From: Octopus sinensis
Taxonomy: Eukaryota
NCBI RefSeq assembly: GCF_006345805.1
Contig: NW_021830456.1
Coordinates: forward strand, 1-64,000
Direction of reading: 5' to 3'
DNA length: 64,000 nt
The translations under genes were made by a program, and so were the position numbers. This document shows, in pieces, positions 15,347-28,961 of this stretch; the stretch's first letter is position 1; every line of letters begins with the position of its first letter. Under the pieces are notes generated by a model. That model worked only from the letters and a program-made list of their open reading frames with translations, ran no database searches and was not told where the DNA came from.

Positions 15347-15370
15347 TTCATCATCATCTCCATCATAATT
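15030..15370. repeat. (ATT)n/(ATC)n/(ACT)n compound microsatellite
   Basis: Direct inspection; source of spurious ORF 14899-15591. Confidence 0.95.
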
Positions 15371-15419
15371 TCTGTTGTTCTCATTCCAATTTTTATTCTT
15401 ATTCTTATTCCCATTATTT

Positions 15420-16170
15420 AGGCAGTCGGAGCACTAACAGAATCGTTACAATGCCGGACAACATGTTTGGCATCATATTCCCTGGCTCTATGTTTTGTGT
15501 TGATATTCTACCGAGGTCAAATTTACCTAAGGTCATCCTTCTAATGCTGGGGATGTACTACGGTGGCAGCTGTTCACTACCAGTGAACTAAAGTAACAAC
15601 CCTTAATCTTCGCGCACCTTCCGGCGTATTCGAGCTGTTCCAAGCAATGCTGTTTTCAGCAATTGCTCCACCCTTACTGCAGTCTCTATTTATTCTATGT
15701 ACTTCTCGAGATTTTTACTGACTCCGACAATTATTGGTACCGCTACCAATTATTGGTACCGCTACCACCGTTTTCATCGTCCACAAGTGCTTAACTTCCC
15801 AAGCTAACCTGTCATATCTCTCGACTTTTCTTTCTTCCCTATCGCATACCTTATTGTCAGGTGGGCATGCTATATCTATGATCCAGCATAGTTTGTTCTC
15901 TTTCTCAATTAAAACTATGTCTGGCTTCTTCTTTTATATCTGATGGTTACACTGAATCATAAAATCCCACAGAATTTTTGCATTATCATTTTCGATGATG
16001 CTTTCTGGTTTGTGGTCGTACCAATTCTTTTCTCTGTCAAGACCATACTTGTTGCAAAGCGTCCAATGGACAAGCTTTGGTATATTGCCGTGGCGTCTCT
16101 TATACTCCTTCTGGGCTAGTGGCGCACATTGGCTTGTAATATGCCATACGGTTTCACCTTTTTGGCGTTA
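15420..16170 (-). mobile_element. 5'-truncated R4/Dong-like non-LTR retrotransposon (zinc knuckle tail + restriction-like endonuclease + 3' UTR)
   Basis: Manual translation of 16164->15603: GETVWHITSQCAPLAQKEYKRRHGNIPKLVHWTLC..WYDHKPESIIENDNAKILWDFMIQCNHQI*KKKPDIVLIEKENKLCWIIDIACPPDNKVCDREERKVERYDRLAWEVKHLW..VPIIVG..LLKTALLGTARI; ET..HI..C, RH, KPD and D.ACP motifs typical of REL-type elements; internal stops and a 19-bp duplication. Confidence 0.9.
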
Positions 16171-16178
16171 ACAACACG

Positions 16179-16179
<1 letters not shown>

Positions 16180-16236
<57 letters not shown>

Positions 16237-16404
16237 TTTAAAAAAGGATTGACGTAACACTTCACAAAGGTAAATAGTCAAGACGAAGAGCACTCTTCGT
16301 CTAACTAATATTATCATTATCATTATAAATTATCTCTTTATCATTTATTATTTATTTTTATTATTATTAATTTTCTTTTTTTTTATTTATTATTATTATA
16401 AATA

Positions 16405-16499
<95 letters not shown>

Positions 16500-16500
16500 T
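16180..16500. repeat. (ATT)n microsatellite, interrupted
   Basis: Direct inspection. Confidence 0.9.
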
Positions 16501-17099
16501 TTTTGGTTCCTTATTGTTGTTGTATTAGTTGTTATATTATTATATGTATATATATTGTTGTATATATATTCTTGCTACCACAGCTCTTAAGCAGAAGCGG
16601 ATTATACAGCATTCACTTGATGAAAAGAAACCTGGTTTGTTAATAGCTAACAAGCAGCTTTAGGACATTTGGACGTCCGTGTCATTGCCCTAATGATAGA
16701 AAAATATGGTAGCTCTTGTATAATTTTTTATTTGTTCATATCTTCGTAATACGCTTTAAAGGTTATTTAACATAGTGTCCTATGAAACAGTGAGAAGAGA
16801 CGCAAGACATGAACGTGATAAGAATGAATACAGCTTTAAAATGTGAAAATCAATTTTGTAAATTTTCTCAACAAAGGCACATTTTAAAAATACAAAACAG
16901 TGACAAGGGAATTGTGACGACTGAACAAGCAAACGCAAGTACGAATGCAAACATTTTAGATTTTACTAAGCACAACTGATAAAATAAACTGTGTGTGTAG
17001 TGATGTAACATCTCATCTGTTGGGAGCTTTGGATTTCATAAAAAATACAGGTTAGGGGTTAGTTCCCCGGAAAGTAGGCGGTAAATGCATGTCACGTAT

Positions 17100-17750
17100 G
17101 TATGTGCATCCTTGCTCGTAAATTTTTTTTCTGAAATTAGAAAGGAAGAAAATTATATAACTGTGTCTCGAAAAGTAGGGGAGAACTACAATAAATGGTC
17201 GAGGAAGAAACGAGGGGAAACTATAACCAGTTGTTGGCATGTAATATGCTCCGAGGACCAAGGTAGGATGTATAGAACTACATGCAGGTTTTATCTGTCT
17301 GAGAACGAGATAAGTAAATAGACGGAGTATATGCTTCCCATACTGCCCCACGGGACGAAGTTGTGGTGTTAAAAAAACGCACAGAACGATATCGGGGTGT
17401 TGTTATGGCTGTTAACTCATGAAGAGCATTGAATTATCTTGAACTGTATACGAACACGTGTGTAGTAGTGGAATGTGAGATGCAAACGTGTTAGAGGAAG
17501 AGTAACGTGAGAGTATTCTGCTTCAAGAGTTGGGGGAGTGAAAGAAAAGTATCAGTTGTCAGGAGGGGAGTAGCACAGAGAGGGCCTGCGGGGTGCTAGA
17601 ACTCGTCTTGAGTACAGAGTCACATTCACCAGGAGCCGGCGAACTAGTAGAACACCAAGAAAAAAGGGGTTGTCATCACTGCAAATATTCGGGAAAATAT
17701 TATGGTTAGCAATTCCTTGCAAAAGGTGACGATTGTGTCGAAATGAAGAC
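17100..17750 (+). pseudogene. Degenerate Gypsy (SCAN/Gmr1-like) gag remnant
   Basis: FFSEIRKEENYITVSRKVGENYNKWSRKKRGETITSCWHVICSEDQGRMYRTTCRFYLSENEI follows the pattern of Gypsy gag (RK...Y...R.....F..W...K..E......LI.EE......YL.E); downstream degenerate knuckles VFCFK and GCHHCKYSG; many stops and frameshifts. Confidence 0.45.
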
Positions 17751-17966
17751 TGCAAAGATGTGGGAAAATTTTGGAAACAGGGAAAAAATTAATAAAGAAG
17801 TATCTGAGTAAAAACGCAATCATAGAGCTTGTGTAATTATGCAAACCGGAGAAGAATCAAAGCTATAAAACAATAGAACTGAGAGAGGTTGAGGAGTTGT
17901 TTGAATAATGACGGATTTGGCGAACCAATTGAAGGAATCACAAGAAATGATTACTAACCGAAGAGG

Positions 17967-18362
17967 AAATGGTATCCGAATTCAAGGAACACTTAATGAT
18001 AGAATATCAGGAAACACCTATTATAAGGCTTCTGTTGTCTCCTTCACGGTTAAGGTGATAGAGTATTTGCGGAGTTCCTTAGTTAGCGTCAGTTAAAGAA
18101 AATGGTGTCGGAATGCAGGTAACACTTAATGATAGAATATCGGTTAACAACTATTATTAGGGCTTCTGTTGACTCCTTCATGGTTAAGGTGATTGTGTAT
18201 TTGCCGAGTCCCTTAGTTGGCCTTAGTTAGAGAAAAATGGTGTCGGAATTCAGGGAATACTTAATGATAGAATATCATGCAACAACTATTATTAGGGCTT
18301 TTCTCCTACATAGTTAAGGTGATCCGGTATTTGCGGGGTTCCTTAGTTGACTTTAGTTGGAG
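17967..18362. repeat. Tandem repeat, ~134-bp unit x3
   Basis: Units start AAATGGT at 17967, 18100 and 18235; shared ACTTAATGATAGAATATC..CTATTAT..GGGCTT..GGTTAAGGTGAT..GTATTTGC..CCTTAGTT. Confidence 0.9.
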
Positions 18363-18524
18363 AGTCCCCTGTATCAAGAGGAATGCTTCAACAATGTATT
18401 CACATATTCTATAAACTATGTATAATTTTATCTCTCATTTCCACTCAATTTTGTGCCCCTCACACTAATTGTAAACTGCGCATCTGCATTTCCAGTGGCA
18501 AATGAAAAAAAAATTCCTTATCGG

Positions 18525-18905
18525 TTTGGCTATGTGGTGTGGCTATGATTCCCAAGCACATCGTTCCGTATTCAGTCCCACAGTGCGGCACTTTGAATAA
18601 GTGCCTTCTACTATAGCCCCTGGCTGACTAAATCCTCGTGAGTGGATTTGGTAACAGAAACGGAAACTGAAAGGAGCTCGTTATGTGCGTGTGTGTTTGC
18701 CCCCACTACCACCACTGATTGATAACCGGTGTGGGTGTGTTTACTTTCCCTGTAAACTAGCGATTCGGCAAAAAAAACTCATAGAATAAGTAGGAGACTT
18801 AAAAGAAAAATAAACAAGTAGTGGAGCCGATTTATATAACTAAAAATAATTCAAGGCGGTGCACCAGCATGGCCATTGTCTAATAAATGAAGCAAGCTTA
18901 AAATA
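18525..18905 (+). mobile_element. SINE family C, degenerate
   Basis: TTCAGTCCCACAGTGCGGCACTTTGAATAAGTGCCTTCTACTATAGCCCC..; tail GGCGGTGCACCAGCATGGCC. Confidence 0.8.
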
Positions 18906-19585
18906 AAAGATTCAAATGTTTAAATATATGTATTTTCCAGAGTATCAAAACGAGCATCTATAGTCCTTGGTAAGACGACTCACAATACCGATTATATCAA
19001 TTTAACATCGTACCCACAATTCGAACGTTTGCACAGGAATCTCATTAACTGAATATGTGCGATAAGAAGCCGATGATGCTACAGCTTGGCCACAGATCCT
19101 GTGAAAAATTTATGGCAGATCGTTAAGTAAAGGTAGAAATTAAGATCTTTCAGAATGAAAAACAGAAAAAGAGAAAACGAAATCTTATTTGCAGCATTTC
19201 AGAAAAGAATGCCACAAATTGGAGCCGGTCATAGGAAAAAAAATAGAATACTTTGCTGGCAGCATCATTGGAAAGATTACACAAGTTGAAGATAATCCTG
19301 CCACAGGCATTGATTATTAAAATTTAGCACTGAAAAATATAAAGATATAAATTTAATAGAATAGAGTTAAATTTGTAGCCATTTTCTTTTTATATTTATA
19401 AATATGAATGGAATAAAATTTGTTTGATTTGAAGAAAATCAAAATTGTTTTGGGAAAAAAAAATTCATAAATTTGCGTGGATTTCCCTATTTTCCAAATA
19501 TACTCATAGACACTTGTGTATGCGGGTGTGTGTGTGTATAGACAATCATACATACACATATATATATTTATATCTATGGATATTC

Positions 19586-19625
<40 letters not shown>

Positions 19626-19777
19626 ATGAAAACACAGTCATATATGTGTATGCATGTGTGTGTATGCATGTGTGTGTATGCATGTGTATGAAAACACAGT
19701 CATATATGTGCGTATAAATATATATAAATGTGTGTTTCTGTGTCTGTGTACTTATATATATATGTATATATGTATAT

Positions 19778-19812
<35 letters not shown>

Positions 19813-19871
19813 TCACATATATTTAAATACACACGCACGTAATACATACCCACACATATGTATATATGTAT

Positions 19872-19906
<35 letters not shown>

Positions 19907-19920
19907 ATATATATATATAT

Positions 19921-19954
<34 letters not shown>

Positions 19955-20390
19955 ATATACATACGTACATACATACAGATTTTGATAAAGGAATCTATAC
20001 CATGTGTGTGTATATGTGTATACATAAAGTAATAAATATACAACGGCATACAAGTATACGCACACTCAAACACCACACATATGCGCACTTACAAACATAC
20101 ACATTCATAACCATATGTGTATAGTTGGAAATTTTACCTAAAAAATTTTATATTGAGAACACGACTTTGCATATGTTTTACCTTTTTTCATTTGAATCGT
20201 TCTTCCTTGATTAGACAATTCTGTGTCGTTTGGAACAATAAGGTTCCTAGGCATATCCGTTGGTCATCGTTTCAAGACATTCTAAAAATTTGTGGAACAA
20301 GCATTTGGTAATGCTTGTTGTTATTGTGCTTTCATTAATGCAACGTATCATGAAAATAATGTTCTATCCTTTTAAAAATCGTCACGAAAA

Positions 20391-20545
<155 letters not shown>

Positions 20546-21084
20546 CTCTCAATATATATATGGATATATATGTATATATATATATAAATATATGTATATA
20601 TATATGTATATATTTAATATATATATATAATATATATATATATATATACACATATGCATGTATACATACATACCTAAATATATATGTATATATATCTATA
20701 CATTTATATGTATATATATATAAATATCTATATACATATAAGTATATATATATATGTATATATTTATATACATACACATATATATATATATATATATTCA
20801 TATACATATATATATACATATACACTTGCAGAACTGTTGAATTGATTATGTTGAATTTCCAACACATATAGATCCATACACACAAACTCACACAGATACG
20901 AATATATATAATATATATGCACATATATGTATATATGTCTTTCTTTCTCTCACTCTCGTTGCCTCTCTCTTTTTCTCTCTCTCAATCTTGCTATCTCTCT
21001 CCATATACATATGTGTGTGTGTGTTCGTGTACATACATATACGTAAAGGGGCGCAGCAGTGATAAGAAGTAATTATATTTTGCT

Positions 21085-21365
21085 ATATCTTCGGACTGAC
21101 CAAAGCCTTGTGAGTGGCTTTAGGAGACCAGAAACAGAAGCTGCCATATGTACATATATAAATGTGTGTGTGTGTGTGAACTTTGTGTCTGTGTTTACGT
21201 GCCCATCACCGCTTGACAATCGGTATTGGTGTGTCTAGCTCTCAGGAAGCTAGCGATACTATGCTTTACAAAATTAGTCTCTGGCTCCCTTCGTTCGACT
21301 AAAACTCTTCAACGCAGTACTCCAGCATGACTGCATTCAAATGACTAAAGAGTATGAAAGAATAA
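21085..21365 (+). mobile_element. SINE family C, 5'-truncated
   Basis: CTGACCAAAGCCTTGTGAGTGG..ATCACCGCTTGACAATCGG..CAGTACTCCAGCATGACTGCA. Confidence 0.7.
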
Positions 21366-21377
21366 AAGAATATATAC

Positions 21378-21481
<104 letters not shown>

Positions 21482-21484
21482 GTG

Positions 21485-21955
21485 TACGTATGTTTGTAAG
21501 TCTCTTCTGTCTTGTGATTATTATAAATCTTCCACTGAGGAGGGACCCGTTTTTCAGCAAAGATAGGGACACAGACAAAGATAGGGACACAAACAAATTA
21601 GCTGACACAGACAAATTCACATTTGCAACTTGACAAAAGTCTTGCATATTTTTACTGTTCCTCTCACAATTGCACTGTAACATAAGAATCAGACGGTCAG
21701 TTTCTCTTCCTGAAAATCCCAGTTTATCCAGATTCTCCTTTAAGCATTTACTAACAAAACCTAGTGCCCAAATCACTATTGGTATGAATATGAATTCATA
21801 GTCTGGATATAGAAGATGGAGGTTGCGAAGCAGTTGTCCGAAGAAATCCTCTTCATCTTTCATTTCGAAAGATATATTTATATCTGCAGGGCAGCTGACC
21901 TCCATCATGCTACATACCTTTACTTTTCTTTCCCAAACAAGAACATCCAGCCGGT

Positions 21956-21959
<4 letters not shown>
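21485..21959 (-). mobile_element. Second REL-type (R4/Dong-like) non-LTR 3' fragment
   Basis: YNRLDVLVWERKVKVCSMMEVSCPADINISFEMKDEEDFFGQLLRNLHLLYPDYEFIFIPIVIWALGFVSKCLKENLDKLGF.., then after a frameshift GTVKICKTFVKLQM* (stop at 21617); (H/Y)NR(P)D, E.SCP.D and IPI..GALG motifs. Confidence 0.85.
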
Positions 21960-21989
<30 letters not shown>

Positions 21990-22400
21990 TGTATGTATGT
22001 ATGTATGTATGTATGTATATTCATGTATGTATGTATGTGTGAGTGTGTGTATGCGCATATGGGCACATAAAAATGGTCTCTCTTAGAGATTTCGTCTATC
22101 AAAATCGACCAATAATCCTACTAATTATTTAGCAGAAAACACTTGCTCAAAGTGCAAAGTAGTGCGATCGAACCCGCTTCCCAGACAGTCGTACACAATT
22201 TTGTGTATGTTTGCGCACATGCCTACTTTTATGTGTGTTTGTGTGTGTATGAGTATACGTAAATGCATATGTCTTTCTCTGAACGCGTAGTAATGTTTAC
22301 ACATTCCATTGTATAACAAATATTATAAAATTTTTGTGGGATCACAATTAAAAGTATTATATACACATAAATTCATTTTCGTGCATTCATATATATATAC

Positions 22401-22477
<77 letters not shown>

Positions 22478-23035
22478 ATATGAAATATATAGAATTTATG
22501 GTCCTCGGTGTGTAATATATATAAAGTAAGTAATCATTTTAACGAATTCTTTACAACAATTTTATTTATTCCTTTCTATAACCGATATAAACTCGTCGCA
22601 TTCTCTTTCAATTCTATTTTTGTGTTTGCTCCGCCATACATTTATATTGATGGCTACAGCTCAATAAAGATAACGAGCCGTTGGAGTGCAATTATTAGAA
22701 TTTTAATGTGTGAGTGAAACACTTGTCTATATTGAAACGAAGTTATAAAAACAATATCGTTACCCATAGCATTGAATAATCTAATGTATCTCAATAAAAT
22801 ATGTTGATGCTATATATGGTATGGTCAGTAATTAATTTGACAATTGCTACTTGTGAGGATTCGGAAAACATTTTGCTTAAATATCTTAGGCTTCCCTTCT
22901 TCCTCTTGCTGTTGTTTATACGAGAATATAAAATGATTTCATTACAATTTATAATCGCCATCTTCACACGTAGATATACCTAACTGCTGAGGCACACGTC
23001 ATACCAAAATATAGAAGTGCACCTATAATGATATA

Positions 23036-23066
<31 letters not shown>

Positions 23067-23367
23067 CACTTACGAGTGCATGTGTTATCGTGTAAATTTA
23101 TTTGAGTATATTTAACGCTCATTCATGCACGTGGCCATCTTAATATACATATGCGTATTTATATAAATCTACATATATATTTTTATTTATCACTTTAAAG
23201 TTAACTAGCTTTCTATATGATTTTAACATATTTGAACATAGGCGCAGTCGTGTCTGTGTAGTAAGGAACTTGCTTACCAGCCATATGATTGCGGGTTCAG
23301 TCACATTACTTAGCACCTTGGAACATGGAAACTGAGAGGAGAACCTCGAATGTATATATATATATAC

Positions 23368-23689
23368 GGCACTCCGTGGGTTACGACAACGAGGGTTCCA
23401 GTTGATCCGATAAACGGAACAGCCTACTAGTGAAATTAACGCAACAGACACGTGTACACGGCACAGAGTGTGACAAGGCTGGCCCTTTCAAATACAGGTA
23501 CAACAGAAACAGAAAGAAAGAGGGAGAGAATGTTGTGGTGAAAGAGTAGGGCAGGGTTCGCCACCCTTTCCCTGCCGGAGCCTCGTGGAGCTTTAGGTGT
23601 TTTCGCTCCATAAACACTCACAACGGGAATCGAAACCGCGATCCTACGACCGCGAGTCCGATACCCTATCCACTAGGCCATTGCACCTC

Positions 23690-23690
<1 letters not shown>
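23368..23690 (-). mobile_element. tRNA-derived SINE family A, with internal deletions
   Basis: Homologous to 36649-37031; head GGAGGTGCAATGGCCTAGTGGATAGGGTATCGGACTCGCGGTCGTAGGATCGCGGTTTCGATTCCC. Confidence 0.9.
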
Positions 23691-23730
<40 letters not shown>

Positions 23731-23745
23731 TATATATATCTATAT

Positions 23746-23853
<108 letters not shown>

Positions 23854-24460
23854 TCACACACATCTGTGTGAATGTGTTTGTCTGTGCATTTCCCTCCCAT
23901 AACTGCTTAAAGACCGGTGTCGGTGTACTTACGTGACATTAGTGGTTCGGCAAAACAGACTGATAGACTAAAATATTCCAAGGCGGCGCCCCAGCATGGT
24001 CGCAGTCAAATAACTGAAACAAAAAAAATATATCCATGTATATAAACACGCGATATATTTATATGCGTATATCACGGTCTCACGATTTGCATTAGACTAT
24101 CGGATGTGGGTATACATCGCTCGTCACAATGCATTTCATATTATGGTTTGATTTCGAATGACGCGAGCAGGCCAACCCTACAGGGTTACCCATTTTCACA
24201 TGAGTGAACTGGGGCACTACTCGCATTAACAAAGGGATGTGGGTTCGTGTCACACGCAGATAGGAATGCATTCTATATATATATATTTTTTTTTTTGTCG
24301 ACGGATTATGCTTTAAACAGGGATTGTATCTAAAATAGGATTATGGATTATCTTTCACAATACATCATTAGATAAACTTAATTCCGAAGTATCTAATACC
24401 AATTCAATATGGTGACTGTTACTATACTATCGTTATTATTCTCAGTATTATACCATCAAT

Positions 24461-24660
24461 GGGCGGCAAGCTGGCAGACTCGTTAGCACACCGGATGAAA
24501 TGCTTAGCGGCATTTCTTCCGTCTTTACGTTATTCTACCGGGATCATCTTTACCTTTCGTCTTTTCGGGATCGATACGATAAGTACCAGTTGAGTAATGG
24601 GATTGATTTAATCGATTTTAGTGCCTCTCCATAAACTTCTATACTTGAGCCAGAATTTGA
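24461..24660 (+). mobile_element. SINE family B, degenerate
   Basis: GGCGGCAAGCTGGCAGACTCGTTAGCACACCGGATGAAATGCTTAGCGG head plus core. Confidence 0.8.
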
Positions 24661-24854
24661 AGCCATTATTATATAGTCGAAAAGGCTTGTGCATAGTCCA
24701 GCGACTTGCCTAGAAATAACAGTCAAATCTCCCTGAAATCATTTCCTGTTTATTTACATGAACAAACTGATAATTAGTTAATACTAATTCGGAATTAATT
24801 AAAAAGCAACACTATCCTCTGTTCCATAATCATCAACAACATCATTATTGTTTT

Positions 24855-25140
24855 CATCACATCATCATCATCATCATCATCATCATCGTTGACATCATCA
24901 TCGTCGACGTCGTCGACGTCACCGTCATCATCATCATCATCATCATCATCGTCATCATCGTCATCATCATCATCATCTTCATCGTCGTCATCATCATCAT
25001 CGTCATCATCATCATCATCATCATCATCACCATCACCATCGTCATTTGCAACACCAACAATAACAATATGTTCCCTGGACGTTGTCATCGTTGGCCGTTG
25101 TCGCCGTCCTCATTATTATCATCGACAGCAGCAGCAGCAG
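24855..25140. repeat. (ATC)n/(GTC)n degenerate trinucleotide repeat
   Basis: Direct inspection; spurious poly-D/S/M ORFs. Confidence 0.9.
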
Positions 25141-25329
25141 TAGAAATCACACCAGAGTTCTCGCCGTCATCACTGTCACGGCCGTCATCGTAGATGTTCT
25201 GCTATCGTTTTCCTCCTCCTTATCATTATCATCATCATCATAATCATTATCACCAACAACAAGAGTTACAACAACAACCTTCATTATCACTACAAACGCC
25301 AAAACTAAGTCAACAATTCTCGACAGTCG

Positions 25330-25488
25330 CAGGAATGGCTGTGTGGTAAGTAGCTTACTTACCAACCACATGGTTCCGGGTTAAGTTCCACTGCATGGCA
25401 CTTTGGGCAAATGTCTTCTACTATAGCCTCGGGCCGACCAAAGCCTTGAGAGTGGATTCAGTAGACGGAAACTGAAAGAAGCCCGTCG

Positions 25489-25539
<51 letters not shown>

Positions 25540-25725
25540 ATCTTTGTGTGTCTGTGTTTGTCCCCCCAACATCGCTTGACAACCGATGCTGATGTGTTTA
25601 CGTCCCCGAGAGACCGATGGAACAAGTACTAGTCTTACAAATAATAAGTCCTGGGGTCGATTTGCTCAACTAAAGGCGGTGCTCCAGCATGGCCGCAGTC
25701 AAATGACTGAAACAAATAAAATAAA
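25330..25725 (+). mobile_element. SINE family C (CORE-like), near full length
   Basis: tRNA-like head GCAGGAATGGCTGTGTGGTAAG..GGTTCCGGGTTAAGTTCC, CORE-like GGCACTTTGGGCAAATGTCTTCTACTATAGCCTC, internal (TA)/(TATG) tract, tail GGCGGTGCTCCAGCATGGCCGCAGTCAAATGACTGAAAC. Confidence 0.85.
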
Positions 25726-26360
25726 AAAAAAGAAAGAATTAAATGAGAGAATGCAGAATGGCTTCAAATCGTTGCTTATTTAATGGACGGATTAGGTCAA
25801 CAAACGTGCTTTATCCGTTGAGCTTATCTCGAAATGGTAGAGTCAAGCTGTAGCATCGTCATGGTAAAAATTTATCAGATTAATCCATAATACTTGAGAG
25901 GAATATACTCCTAAATAAACAACTTCTTTGGTCATCAGTGATATTTTCAACATCCTACGAACCCACTTTGCTGTTTGTGACCAACTTCGAATGCAATTTT
26001 GGCAGCGTTCTTTTTCGATAATAATTAGATAACAATTAGCGATTTCTAATTGGAGATCGCTAAGATAGTTTTTAACAGTCTGAAATAAGTAGTGGGTCCG
26101 AGAGGGTCACTTTAGACCATTAAGACTGAAGCAGCAACTCTGCTACATTCCGCCTTGTGAATCTGGAAAAATCATAAAATATATAGAAAGCGTGTGAATC
26201 TTCGGTTACTCGGCGATACAGAAGTCTGCATCGCTGTCTAATTTATAATTGCATAAAGGAAACGGTGACAAATATTGCACGAATGTCTATCTATGTCTGA
26301 AATATAAATACATACATACACACATATATACATGTATGTGTGTGTGTGCGTGTGTCTGCG

Positions 26361-26401
<41 letters not shown>

Positions 26402-26803
26402 CTCTCTTTATTTATATAAATATATATACAAATATATATACACATACAAACACACACACACACACACACATACACACAGGCTCACACACACACATATATA
26501 TATATAGATCACTTTCTTAATTTGTAACAAGCATTGCATTAAATCATTAATATTCTTTCACTGTGTATGTATCAACTCTTGCTGTATATATATTTTGCTT
26601 ACACGGTCTTACACGAATACACATGCACTCTCATAAAGTGTCACACAAGCACTTGCTTTCAGTCTGTCTGTCTTTCTCTCTTTCTTTCTCGCTCTCTCTG
26701 TCTCTCCCTCTCTCTCTGTCTCTCTATCTCTCTCTGTCTCTCTGTCTCTCTCTGTCTCCCCTCACTCTCTCTCTCTCTCTGTCTCCCCTCGCCCTCTCTC
26801 TCT

Positions 26804-26844
<41 letters not shown>

Positions 26845-26877
26845 TTCCGTCTCTCTGTCTATCTATTTATTCTCACA

Positions 26878-26914
<37 letters not shown>

Positions 26915-27924
26915 ACATATATATATATATATATTTATATATCATGTATATTTAAATATAAACACATATACACTAAATCTTACATATAAATATATACATA
27001 TACACACATATACGTACAGACATGTTATATGTACCTCTACGTTACATATATCACTTAATCTTTCATCTAATGGAATACTGTCTTACAATCTCACGATAAA
27101 TTACCAAAGTGGCAAATAGAGAGAAACAGTGCCTAGAAAGGCGAATGTCAGACCAAAATCAAATCTAGTGTATCCTAGACGTGGGGACAGTCATGGCGTA
27201 TAAAATACACAGACATGAAGGTCGCATGTTAATCCCGATTATTAATCACGAAACCTTGCCTGCCATCATCTTATTACTGTCACCTGACTATGACACAAAT
27301 ATCCATGCTTTACATATATATATTTTTTGCTTTATCTATATTGCTTATATTTTTATTTTCTATTATTGTTTTTGTTCTTTTGTTTAATATAATGTATTAT
27401 TCAATATATGTAATTTTGTATATTTTATTTTTTGGTATTATTTTGCAGTTTGAATTAGATCTCGCCATGTTTTTAGTTCGATTTAATGTCAGTTACCTCC
27501 CCATGTCCAAATAACGACGCCATAAGGGATTAGTTTTTCACTCTTAGTGATATACTTACTTAGCATTGCTCCGGTTCACAATTTGTCTACGGAGAGCGAC
27601 CACGCAAAAATTAATGCATTGAAAACGAAAGTGAAACGACGGCAATGATGACGTTGAAAATTTTATTGCAATACTCTATTAAAAGCCTTTACAGAAGCAG
27701 CAGCATCAGCAGCAGGAGCAACAACAACAACAATAACAACAACAGTTGTAACAACAACAGTTGTAGCAACAACAACACCAGCGGTAGTATGAGGTTGTGC
27801 AGAACAGATACAATTTTAATACCGTTTTTATGTTGTCTCCTGTCGTCACAGCATATCGCCATCGCTCCCCATGTTTTCCACTTCAGATTTCACTCATTCG
27901 CATCTGGGTCTTGGACCTATGCAA

Positions 27925-28000
27925 AATAATAATAATAATAATGATAATAATAATAATGACAATGATAATAATAATAATAACGATAATAATAATAATAACG

Positions 28001-28033
<33 letters not shown>

Positions 28034-28091
28034 TGATAATAATAATAATGACAATGATAATAATATAATAACGATAATAATAATAATAACG

Positions 28092-28128
<37 letters not shown>

Positions 28129-28185
28129 TAATAATAATAATAATAATAATAATATTGATAATAATAATAACAATAATAATAATGA
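27925..28185. repeat. (AAT)n microsatellite
   Basis: Direct inspection. Confidence 0.95.
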
Positions 28186-28249
28186 TAAGGGCTTCCCGTG
28201 AGAATAAGCTATAATAATATGTCGCCAAGAAGATATTTTATACATGCGT

Positions 28250-28412
28250 CCAAACATACATACAGGCATACATACATACATACATACATACATACATACA
28301 TACATACATACATACATACATACGTATATAAACGCAGCTATACAGCTATGCATACACACGTACATAAATACATGAACAACTACATATCTACATATATACA
28401 TACACACACAAA

Positions 28413-28455
<43 letters not shown>

Positions 28456-28878
28456 GTAAACTTATATATATACATCTATACATATATACGTGCACATACA
28501 TGCATAATTACATACAAACATGCGTCCATACATACATATATACATAAATGTGTCTATACATCTATGCATACAGGTATACATAAATACATACACATATACA
28601 TATTTACATATATACATACACACACATGTACATATGTGCATAAATACATACATGCATCAATACATACATGCATCAATACATTTATGCATACATACATGCA
28701 TACATATATACATACATGCACATATACATACATGCATAAATTCATACATATGTACATACATACATGAATAAATAGTACGTACATATATACATTCATCAAT
28801 ATGTAACAATTCATGCTCATACATACATACGTATGTCTTTGCATAACTCTCTTCACTGTCTTCATTTATCTATCTACA

Positions 28879-28961
<83 letters not shown>

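Noticed and set aside
14899-15591. 230-aa ORF with His-rich tract
   Set aside because: Made of (ATT)/(ATC) repeats plus the antisense of the retrotransposon 3' UTR
18950-18978. 29-nt AG..GTAAGA exon-like segment
   Set aside because: Not frame-preserving; no supporting neighbours
26038-26065. Hairpin TTAGCGATTTC..GAGATCGCTAA as a pre-miRNA
   Set aside because: Stem only ~11 bp, too short
27621-27637. Triple GAAA ISRE/IRF-like site
   Set aside because: Equally explained as the pyrimidine tract of the minus-strand microexon candidate, or by chance in AT-rich DNA
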